Origin: Synechococcus sp.
GTDB lineage: Bacteria; Cyanobacteriota; Cyanobacteriia; Thermostichales; PCC-7336
Reading direction: 5' to 3'
Assembly: GCA_051439605.1 (NCBI GenBank)
Contig: JBFRWN010000128.1
Span: 1 to 49,941, forward strand
DNA length: 49,941 bases
Shown: positions 18,383 through 26,215 of the stretch, one piece after another
How positions within the stretch are numbered: position 1 is the first letter of the stretch
How the letters are laid out: each line of letters begins with the position of its first letter
Position numbers and translations under genes: made by a program
The notes under the pieces: model-generated
Told to the model about the DNA's origin: nothing
Databases searched by the model: none
The model's input: the letters and a program-made list of their open reading frames with translations, nothing else

Positions 18383-18985
18383 TCAATCAGAGTTTTCGGC
18401 CGGGGCCAGTTTCGACATCTGCCACCCTAACGTGGTAAATCGCTCTGCAGCATCCTCCAGTTCAACCGGAACTACAGCTGATAAAATGTCCTCTGGCATG
18501 ACCATGACCCGCAGAGCCGCCAGGGGCACCTGTAAAAATAAATTCGCCCCCAAAAATCCGATCGCCGCGATCGCAATGCGGCTCAACCCTGCGCCAGGAG
18601 CTATACGTACAGGCGACCAAGCCTCCACCAGAGGGGCAAGGTGGTATGCATCAATCAGAAAGCAAAACAGGAGAACGGCGATCGCCACAGACAAAAAACG
18701 CTGCTCCTTGGCCTGGAATGCCCCCAAGATTTGCCGCCGCTGTTTGTCTAGACAATCGGTGGGAACCGCCATAAACAAAAGGCTAAAGATATTGAAAGGC
18801 CGCCACAGCTGCATCGCCAACACCGGACCAATTCCCAAAAGCGCGATCGCGATTAACTCCAAACCAGCAGGCAAAAACGGTTCGCCACTGGCTAAGCCCA
18901 ACAGACATACTCCCATCCACAGCGGGAACACCAACATCCCTGCAACGTGAATCCATAGATAGGGTTCGAACCAGCTTTTAGGCAC
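18383..18985 (-). CDS. Conserved cyanobacterial membrane protein ('low-complexity tail membrane protein' family)
   Basis: EPYLWIHVAG, MQLWRPFNIFSLL, NLFLQVP motifs; about 4 TM helices. Confidence 0.7.
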   Translation of the reverse strand: MPKSWFEPYLWIHVAGMLVFPLWMGVCLLGLASGEPFLPAGLELIAIALLGIGPVLAMQLWRPFNIFSLLFMAVPTDCLDKQRRQILGAFQAKEQRFLSVAIAVLLFCFLIDAYHLAPLVEAWSPVRIAPGAGLSRIAIAAIGFLGANLFLQVPLAALRVMVMPEDILSAVVPVELEDAAERFTTLGWQMSKLAPAENSD

Positions 18986-19038
18986 CTTGACGTCTCTCGC
19001 TCTCGCTACTGCTGTCCCCTTAGACCGCGGGCCAACAA

Positions 19039-19233
19039 TTAAGGGCGTTTGGCGGATTTATCAACCACCTTCAGATCGCGCACGTTGAACGTGACAATCT
19101 TTTCCCAGTTTCCGCCACCAAAGATGACAGCAGCCTTACCGTCCACCACCCGCTGAACCTGTCCTTGAAAGCGGTAATAGGTGTCGTTCTCGTTAGTGAC
19201 TGTGACAGGTTGTCCGGGTAGAAGCAGGCTCAT
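19039..19233 (-). CDS. ndhS: NDH-1 complex subunit NdhS
   Basis: [39 protein letters not shown] matches NdhS. Confidence 0.92.
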   Translation of the reverse strand: MSLLLPGQPVTVTNENDTYYRFQGQVQRVVDGKAAVIFGGGNWEKIVTFNVRDLKVVDKSAKRP

Positions 19234-19583
19234 GCCAATTCCTCTAGGTTTGTCAGTACTCTACGTCATTATCGATCCGCCAAGGAAGTAATGGCATTCT
19301 CCTCAGGGAGACTTTAAATCTCCCAAATTCCCCCCTAAGGTTGAACGGCGCAGGTTACAAAGCACTGCCTTCGCTTATCAGATCGCTGATAACTCAGAGT
19401 TCTTAATGATTCAGCCAACTAGCTGTTACAGCCAACACTGCAACACTCCTTAACCTATAGGCTAGTATGCTTACCGTTGTCTTGTGGCATCCCTTGAATG
19501 CCTGAGGGTTGGTACTGGCTCGGCGTCATCTTGCTCGGAGACTAGTACTCAATTATGTTGCAGTTGTTTTTGCTGAAGGATTA

Positions 19584-19841
19584 ATGGCCCGTTTGCCCCA
19601 AACTACTGCCCATGTTCGTATTACAAGGTATTGCTGGAATGAAGGGGCGATCGAGGGTGAGGTGCACGCCAAGGAATGGGTGTGGGAATTTTCTTGGAGC
19701 TTTAAGCAAGGGGAACTGCAGGTAGAGCCTTCTCTAGGAAGGGCATTGATTCGAGAACCTTTGAGCCGCTTTTTAGAACAGTGGGATTACAACCTAGAAG
19801 CGGGGAGCAACTATTCGTTTACCATTCGCAGCGAACTATAG
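19584..19841 (+). CDS. DUF3146-family cyanobacterial protein
   Basis: LPQTTAHVRIT...GEV.A..W.W.F.W.F..GEL.VEPSLGRALIREPL.RFLE..DY.LE.G..Y.F. Confidence 0.8.
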   Translation: MARLPQTTAHVRITRYCWNEGAIEGEVHAKEWVWEFSWSFKQGELQVEPSLGRALIREPLSRFLEQWDYNLEAGSNYSFTIRSEL

Positions 19842-20114
19842 CTGTGGACATTCACTGATCAATCGTTTTCTATGGGCATTGGTTTGCCGGGCAATTGGCC
19901 AACGAGTCCGCCATTCTAGAAAACATCTGTAAAATAAGTAACTTCTCATCTCGATCTTGTACCCCTCTTAGCTTGCATAGAGAAGCTTATAGGTGAGCTG
20001 GCTGCCAGCTGAGCAGAGAATGCTTAAAAAATGTCAGCATGGAGTTGCGTGACAATTTGGAAGCCAATGCAGATTCACCGTTTCACTCAAATGCTTGCAC
20101 GGACAGGCTCTTTT

Positions 20115-20744
20115 ATGACTTCAAGAACGCTATGGGCTGGAATAATTGCTAGCTGCTTACTGATCGGCTCCTCTTTGACACCAGTCTATGGGGCAGAAGA
20201 AGATTTATCCTTTGCCACCTTCGCAGGCGGATGTTTCTGGTGCATGGAACATCCCTTTGATGAATTGGACGGAGTGGTGGATACCACCGTTGGATTTTCT
20301 GGCGGTACAGTTGCTAATCCCTCCTATAAACAGGTGTCTGCGGGCAAAACCGGTCATGCCGAAGTGGTTCAGGTGACCTACGATCCGCAGCTAATTAGCT
20401 ACGAGCAACTGCTAGAGGTGTATTGGGTGAATGTTGACCCTTTGGATTCTGAGGGGCAGTTTTGCGATAAAGGTAATCAATATCGGAGCGCAATTTTTGC
20501 TCACGATGAGGAGCAGCTAGAAGCTGCGGAGGCCTCAAAGGAGGTCGTGTCTGAGCTTTTGAAGGACCCCATAGCCACGGAAATTACCGTTGCTAGTGAG
20601 TTTTATCCGGCTGAGGATTATCACCAAGACTATTCCGATCGCAACCCACTGCGCTACCGAGCCTATCGGTTTGGGTGCGGCCGCGATCGCCGGTTAGACG
20701 AAGTTTGGGGGAATGCCGAAGCCCTTGACTTATCGGCGGAATAG
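20115..20744 (+). CDS. msrA: Peptide-methionine (S)-S-oxide reductase with N-terminal signal peptide
   Basis: FAGGCFWC, GHAEVVQV, FYPAEDYHQDY; hydrophobic leader. ORF is open from 20031. Confidence 0.93.
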   Translation: MTSRTLWAGIIASCLLIGSSLTPVYGAEEDLSFATFAGGCFWCMEHPFDELDGVVDTTVGFSGGTVANPSYKQVSAGKTGHAEVVQVTYDPQLISYEQLLEVYWVNVDPLDSEGQFCDKGNQYRSAIFAHDEEQLEAAEASKEVVSELLKDPIATEITVASEFYPAEDYHQDYSDRNPLRYRAYRFGCGRDRRLDEVWGNAEALDLSAE

Positions 20745-20848
20745 CTTCCCCTGAAATCTCGCGTGTGCGGTTCTCAAACCCTGCGCTTTTCTCCCAATTT
20801 TCTCTAGCCTATTCTCTTCGAGCCCCGAACGATCTCAAGGAAATTGTC

Positions 20849-21340
20849 ATGAACCGTCGCCAATTGATCCAATCCGGTTTAGCCCTCAGCGTGGGACTGC
20901 TTGCCAGCCAACTTGGCAATAGCCGCGTCCGAGCGGCTTCTGATGAACTGTATGAAATTATGAAAACAGAGGCGGAGTGGCGAGACCTTCTCACCCCCCT
21001 TCAATACGCAGTTCTGCGTGAAGAAAAAACCGAGCGCCCCTTCGACAATGCTTACTTTGACAATAAAGCAGCAGGAATTTATCGATGCGCAGGGTGCGGT
21101 AACGAGCTTTTTTCTTCCAGCACAAAGTTTGTCAGCGGCACCGGCTGGCCCAGCTTCTGGGAACCCATTGCGCCTGAAGCCGTGGGCACCAGAACCGACT
21201 GGAAACTGCTTTACCCCAGAACGGAAGTCCATTGCGCCCGCTGTGGCGGTCACCTGGGACATGTCTTTAAAGATGGACCCCAACCTACCGGTCTACGATA
21301 CTGCATGAACTCGGCAGCCTTAAGTTTTGTAGCAGCTTAG
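20849..21340 (+). CDS. msrB: Peptide-methionine (R)-S-oxide reductase with Tat signal
   Basis: CAGC, SGTGWPSF, CARCGGHLGHVF, RYCMNS; leader MNRRQLI. Confidence 0.93.
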   Translation: MNRRQLIQSGLALSVGLLASQLGNSRVRAASDELYEIMKTEAEWRDLLTPLQYAVLREEKTERPFDNAYFDNKAAGIYRCAGCGNELFSSSTKFVSGTGWPSFWEPIAPEAVGTRTDWKLLYPRTEVHCARCGGHLGHVFKDGPQPTGLRYCMNSAALSFVAA

Positions 21341-21505
21341 TTAAACCAGCCTCTAAAGATCTGAGTCCTTCTCCTGATTACGATATTGGTGTTGACATCT
21401 CTGTGTGGGCAGCAATATGCCGGTTCGGAGAGGGTTCTGCATAGTTGAGATATCCATAGCCTCTTGAAGATATTTCTTGATACGGGCCACTCCTCATTTT
21501 CGAGG

Positions 21506-21534
21506 TGAACCTTTTTCCAGCAGTCACGGTCTGA
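21506..21534 (+). promoter_or_regulatory. ECF (RpoE/AlgU-type) promoter, probably autoregulatory
   Basis: GAACCT-N16-GTCTGA immediately upstream of the ECF sigma gene. Confidence 0.65.
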
Positions 21535-21555
21535 ATAACTGGATCTAGAGTTCGG

Positions 21556-22128
21556 ATGCCACGTCAGGTGAGTGACTTGTCCCCCCATTCAGATGCTCAG
21601 TTGGTGCAGGCTTGCCTATTGGGCAACACCCAAAGTTTTGGAGTGCTTTACGATCGCTACCAGCAACCGGTTCGATCGACCCTGTTTCAGCTTTGTGGTT
21701 CAGAGCAACTGGATGACCTGACTCAGGACGTGTTTTTGCGAGCCTGGAAAGGCTTGAAAGGCTTCCGCAGTCAGGCCAAGTTCTCTACCTGGCTGTACCG
21801 AATTGCCTGGAATGTAGCCTCCGATCGCCGCAAGGTACTCGCCAAACAGCGGGAGCAGCAGCAAAAGCTGGTGCGGGATGTGGCCTTAGGGGACTGTCCC
21901 CAGCAACCTGGATTGCAGTCACTGCATCACCAGCAGCTAGTCCAACAGGGATTAGGGCAGTTGAGTTTGGGGCAGCGAAGCGTTCTGGTTCTACACGACC
22001 TGAAAGATCTGCCCCAAAAAGAAGTGGCACAGATTCTAGATATCCCGGTGGGCACCGTCAAGTCTCGATTGCACAACGCCCGCGCCACCCTAAAACGCTA
22101 TCTCACTAGCCAAGGAATCGAGCTATGA
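21556..22128 (+). CDS. ECF sigma-70 factor (RpoE-like)
   Basis: DDLTQDVFLRAWK, FSTWLYRIA, EVAQILDIPVGTVKSRL. Confidence 0.92.
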   Translation: MPRQVSDLSPHSDAQLVQACLLGNTQSFGVLYDRYQQPVRSTLFQLCGSEQLDDLTQDVFLRAWKGLKGFRSQAKFSTWLYRIAWNVASDRRKVLAKQREQQQKLVRDVALGDCPQQPGLQSLHHQQLVQQGLGQLSLGQRSVLVLHDLKDLPQKEVAQILDIPVGTVKSRLHNARATLKRYLTSQGIEL

Positions 22129-22508
22129 ACCATCCCCCCGATCGCGATCGTTCGCTAGCGAACTTCCTGCGAGACAACGCTCCCGAACCGCCTCCAGCAG
22201 ATCCTGCTCTGCGCAGTCAAATTCTGGCTGAGATCGAGCAACAGCTGCTGGAAGACGATAATCCCCAAGTTGAGGCACGGAGCAGGCCGTTGGGCCGGAA
22301 AACACTGTGGTGGCTACTCCCTCCGGCCGTGGCTGCAGCAGCATTGGCCAGCTGGCTCTGGCCCCGTCCTGTTTCCCTCACCGTTGCTAATAGGGCGGAG
22401 CTGGAAGAGTATCTGGTCTCCAGTTGGATTTCCACCACCACGATTACCACCGACCCTTTAGACGACTGGCTGGAGGAGGGTGAACCGGATGACTTCGATT
22501 TACTCTAG
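22125..22508 (+). CDS. Putative single-TM anti-sigma factor
   Basis: ATGA overlap with the ECF sigma stop; one central TM helix. Confidence 0.65.
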   Translation: MNHPPDRDRSLANFLRDNAPEPPPADPALRSQILAEIEQQLLEDDNPQVEARSRPLGRKTLWWLLPPAVAAAALASWLWPRPVSLTVANRAELEEYLVSSWISTTTITTDPLDDWLEEGEPDDFDLL

Positions 22509-22542
22509 TCCATCGCATTTGTCCTAGAATCTGAATAATCCC

Positions 22543-23142
22543 ATGCTTTATCACCGCAGCTATCGCTACAGACAACACCTCTTTGTACCTGCAGTCGTCC
22601 TGGCTCTGGCCTTAACTCTGCCAGCCTCCTTCGTTGCCCATGCCCAGTCCGAGATACCCCCCTCTTCCGATCGCGCACCAGACGCTATCTCTCCAGCCCC
22701 CGTCGAAACCCAGCCCGGAGCTCGATCGCTGGATTTGCTAGAAGAGTTGGGGCTGAGTGACGAACAACTATTGGAAATCATGTCTCTGCGCAGAGAGGCT
22801 AGGGCCAACCGGCGGGGAAAACGGGAGGCATTGCGCCAGGCTCAACAGCAGCTAGAACAACTCTTGGCGGGGACGGCCTCTGCCGAAGAGGTGCGATCGC
22901 AATTCGAGCAGGTACAGGAACTGCGCCAACAAATCGCCACAGAACAGTTTGAGAATTTGATGGCGATTCGCGAGGTGCTGGAACCCGAGCAACGCAGCTT
23001 GCTGCAAGAGAGGATGGGTCACCGTCGCAATCGCTGGCGTAGCGGCAGAGGGAGATGGTACAGAGACAGATGGAATCAACGGGGTTTACGCGATCGCCAA
23101 GGGGATAACGGGCCCAGCGAACCAGGTCTTGTAGACGAGTAG
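22543..23142 (+). CDS. Spy/CpxP-family periplasmic chaperone
   Basis: Signal peptide (AHA), LGLSDEQ and VLEPEQR LTxxQ-like motifs, helical Q/R-rich body. Confidence 0.8.
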   Translation: MLYHRSYRYRQHLFVPAVVLALALTLPASFVAHAQSEIPPSSDRAPDAISPAPVETQPGARSLDLLEELGLSDEQLLEIMSLRREARANRRGKREALRQAQQQLEQLLAGTASAEEVRSQFEQVQELRQQIATEQFENLMAIREVLEPEQRSLLQERMGHRRNRWRSGRGRWYRDRWNQRGLRDRQGDNGPSEPGLVDE

Positions 23143-23214
23143 CGAGACTTTGGAACAGCAGCGGTTTACAACTCCCAAGCCGCTCCAAGCTAAAGCGATT
23201 GATACACTTGACAG

Positions 23215-23667
23215 CTACGACTCGCCCTCCGGCCGATACAGCACCACATTCTCCTGTTCGTTGGCATCGTTGCGGGACACAATCGCCTTGGCCGCTTCCG
23301 TCTCGCTGAGATTAAACGGCTGGTGGGGAACGCCAGCAGGAATAAACAGAAAATCGCCTGTCTGGTTCACCTGCGATCGCCGCAAACCTTCTCCGTAAAA
23401 GGTTTTAACGGTGCCATCCAGAATATAAATAGCCGTTTCGTAGTCGCGGTGGAAGTGAGGTTCTGCTGAGCCTCCGGGGGGAATCACCACTAAGTTCATC
23501 GATATGCCCGTCGACCCAGCAGTATCGGCAGAAATGCCCACGAAGTAGGGCAGCTGTTGCCGAGTCAACGTTTCCGAATCAGGGCGCACTGTCGTGATGT
23601 CGGCCTCGAAATCGGGCTGTGCGAAGGTTTCATCTTGAGGTCTGGGAGACCGATCGCCACTCATCAT
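23215..23667 (-). CDS. RmlC-like cupin protein
   Basis: PHFHRDYETAIY...GDFLFIPAGVPHQP. Confidence 0.85.
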   Translation of the reverse strand: MMSGDRSPRPQDETFAQPDFEADITTVRPDSETLTRQQLPYFVGISADTAGSTGISMNLVVIPPGGSAEPHFHRDYETAIYILDGTVKTFYGEGLRRSQVNQTGDFLFIPAGVPHQPFNLSETEAAKAIVSRNDANEQENVVLYRPEGES

Positions 23668-24698
23668 CCACTCCCCTGAATCGAAAGCGCATTTGCCTGC
23701 TTCACTAACAAGAGAGCACTCGCTACAGGCGTTTTCCCTATGATATCCACCTCGACAGCAGGAGTATCCCGGCGCTCTAGATCGTAGGTATAGGTCTTGT
23801 CGTAATAGGGCAAAATCGCGTCGATCGCCGGCAAGACTTCCCCCTGCTCCAGGTGGGCGATCGCGGTTTGGGTGCGCTGCCCCCCCAAACGCTTGCGAAT
23901 CCGTTGGGTGGCGGCAATCAACCCTTCAATATCTGACTCTCCGTACATTTCAGAGATGGTTTCAATCCGCTCCTGCCGCGATCTGCGTACCCGAATAACA
24001 GGAGCCGCCTCCATCTGTGCAAACACGGCGGCGGGGATGCGACAGCTTCCCACCGCCCGACTTTCTGCTTCTAGCCAAACACGGCGGCGGGGATCCAGCT
24101 GATGCCATTCCATCGCCAACTTGTTTTCAAACTGCTCGGTGGAGGGCTGATCGGGTAACCCCAATGCTCCGTAGCTGCTGCCTCGATGATTGGCCAACCC
24201 CTCCAAGTCAATAATTTGTTCTCCCAACCGTTCCAACGCCTGCAAAATATAGGTTTTTCCCGAGCCCGTCATCCCCCCCAGCAATATCACCGGTCGGGGG
24301 AGCTGCAGCTGTTGCAAACACCAGCCGCGAAACGCTTTGTATCCCCCTTCTAGTAGGGAAACTTTCAGACCCGCCGTTTGCAGCAGCCAACCCATCGAGG
24401 CACTGCGCATCCCCCCTCGCCAGCAATGCAACCGCACCTGGCGATCTCCCGCGAGTCGTTTGGCCCGCTTAACAAATGACGCACATTTAGGGCCAACTAT
24501 CTCAAAACCCAGCTCCACCGCCTGCTCCCGTCCCTCGTGCTTGTAGCAGGTGCCAACCTCCGCCCGTTCCTCATCGCTAAACAGCGGAAAGTTCATCGCA
24601 CCAGGGATATGAGCCCGTGCAAATTCCCCTGGACTGCGAACATCCAAAATAGGGCCGGGGACAGCCAAAAAATCAGAGATGGATAAGGGGGACAGCAC
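23664..24698 (-). CDS. mnmH: tRNA 2-selenouridine(34) synthase
   Basis: Rhodanese DVRSPGEF/HCWRGGMRS, P-loop GMTGSGKT, LANHRGSSYG, EAESRAVG. Confidence 0.92.
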   Translation of the reverse strand: MLSPLSISDFLAVPGPILDVRSPGEFARAHIPGAMNFPLFSDEERAEVGTCYKHEGREQAVELGFEIVGPKCASFVKRAKRLAGDRQVRLHCWRGGMRSASMGWLLQTAGLKVSLLEGGYKAFRGWCLQQLQLPRPVILLGGMTGSGKTYILQALERLGEQIIDLEGLANHRGSSYGALGLPDQPSTEQFENKLAMEWHQLDPRRRVWLEAESRAVGSCRIPAAVFAQMEAAPVIRVRRSRQERIETISEMYGESDIEGLIAATQRIRKRLGGQRTQTAIAHLEQGEVLPAIDAILPYYDKTYTYDLERRDTPAVEVDIIGKTPVASALLLVKQANALSIQGSG

Positions 24699-24978
24699 GG
24701 TTCGATGTGTGTGGTAATGACCTCCAACTCAACCCAATTATCGAGTCAACGAAGACCGGATGCTCGGATATAGAAGAGGAAGTTTACCATTGTATCTTTC
24801 CGGGTTGTCAGGCTTTTTTCGACAATTGGCCTCTAACTGAAATGACTGAGATGGATACTGCGATCTACGAACTACCTTCAGCGGTAGAACAATTTAAAAC
24901 ATTAAGTATGTTCGTGAATAACACAAATCTGCAGCTTGGATGTACTAATATTCTTTAAATCATTGCTGGCTATTGGGT

Positions 24979-25584
24979 ATGAATCAAAAAATTGGAGAAA
25001 CCCTAGTAGCCGCAGGATTGCTTTCTGAAGCGCAAATCCAGGTAGCCCTAGCCGATCGAGAGTTTTATCAGGGGCAATATCGCACCGGAGATGTCTTAGC
25101 GATGCGGGGGTGGGTGAAAGACACAACTGTGGACTTTTTTGTCGATCTTTTTCCCCAGTTGCTCGACAGCCCCAGGCTGAAAATTGGAGAATATTTGACC
25201 CTGGCAAACATATTGACTGTCACTCAGGTGGAAGAGTTGCTAATCGAGCAACGTCAGTGCGGCGTTCGTCTGGGGGCACTGGCAGTGATGCGGGGATGGC
25301 TCAAGCAAAAAACGTTAGATTTTTTCCTGGAGCACCTCTTTCACGCCCAAAAACAACAATCGGACTTGGGGATGCGGGTCAAGTTAACGAACGATCGATT
25401 GGCTGGGCCAGCAACCGCTTCTCAAGAACAATCAAACACGATCGAACTTTGCGGTAGCGTTTATAACCTAGATGAGATGGACAAGGTAGATGACACAGAT
25501 GACATAGAAGAACTCATCGACCTAGACGATATGGAAGACGAACCGGATCCCGAACTTCAGGAAGACCCCTGGGTTTTTGGCTGA
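24979..25584 (+). CDS. Stand-alone MshEN-repeat protein with acidic tail (putative c-di-GMP receptor)
   Basis: KIGETLVAAGLL..QI..AL, RTGDVLAMRGW, KIGEYL, RLGALAVMRGW; paralogue at 43765..44430. Confidence 0.7.
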   Translation: MNQKIGETLVAAGLLSEAQIQVALADREFYQGQYRTGDVLAMRGWVKDTTVDFFVDLFPQLLDSPRLKIGEYLTLANILTVTQVEELLIEQRQCGVRLGALAVMRGWLKQKTLDFFLEHLFHAQKQQSDLGMRVKLTNDRLAGPATASQEQSNTIELCGSVYNLDEMDKVDDTDDIEELIDLDDMEDEPDPELQEDPWVFG

Positions 25585-25597
25585 GTTGATGAATCTG

Positions 25598-26026
25598 TTA
25601 GCTTGAACTGTTCGATTGCCGCTGAATCCCTTTCCAGTATCGAGCGGCCATGACGCAGTTGATGCCCGTAATTGCCCCTAAACTATCGGCTAACAGATCC
25701 CACACATCGCCGTGCCGGCCCGCAATCCAGAGTTTCTGCTCCACCTCAATGCCGGCACCAAAGGCAATCGCCGCCACCAGCACCCATAGATTGGCCTTGG
25801 GGGACTTAAACTTCAGCATCCAGAGGGCAGCGACCCCTGAAAACATCCCAAAGTGGGCCACCTTATCGGCGGACAACAGGGATTTGCCCTGGCCTCCCCC
25901 TTCGGCCATGGACCGCAGCATCAGCCTTACGGCATCGTAAAGAGGTTCGACAGCATCACCGGGCAAAGAGCATAACACCAGAGTAAGCAGGGTGGCAGAA
26001 ATTGCCATGACAGTGAGGGGTTTCAT
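25598..26026 (-). CDS. VanZ-family membrane protein
   Basis: DKVAHFGMF, GIEVEQ..I.GR.GD.WDLLAD.LG. Confidence 0.85.
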   Translation of the reverse strand: MKPLTVMAISATLLTLVLCSLPGDAVEPLYDAVRLMLRSMAEGGGQGKSLLSADKVAHFGMFSGVAALWMLKFKSPKANLWVLVAAIAFGAGIEVEQKLWIAGRHGDVWDLLADSLGAITGINCVMAARYWKGIQRQSNSSS

Positions 26027-26215
26027 GGGTAGAAGAAAGTGGTCCAGGTCACACTATACGGGAATCAATCTCGCCGACATAGCAAAATTCAATACCAACT
26101 GGCCCGATCCCTCCCATGTGTGAGATAGCTCTCCGCCCCCCCCGATTGGTTGGTAGGCTGCGGTGTTGAAAGCTCCCTCACCAGTTCCCCCTTCTGAAAA
26201 CTGTCACGCTGCAAC

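Noticed and set aside
18333..18950. 205-aa plus-strand ORF
   Set aside because: Antisense shadow of the recognisable membrane protein at 18383..18985
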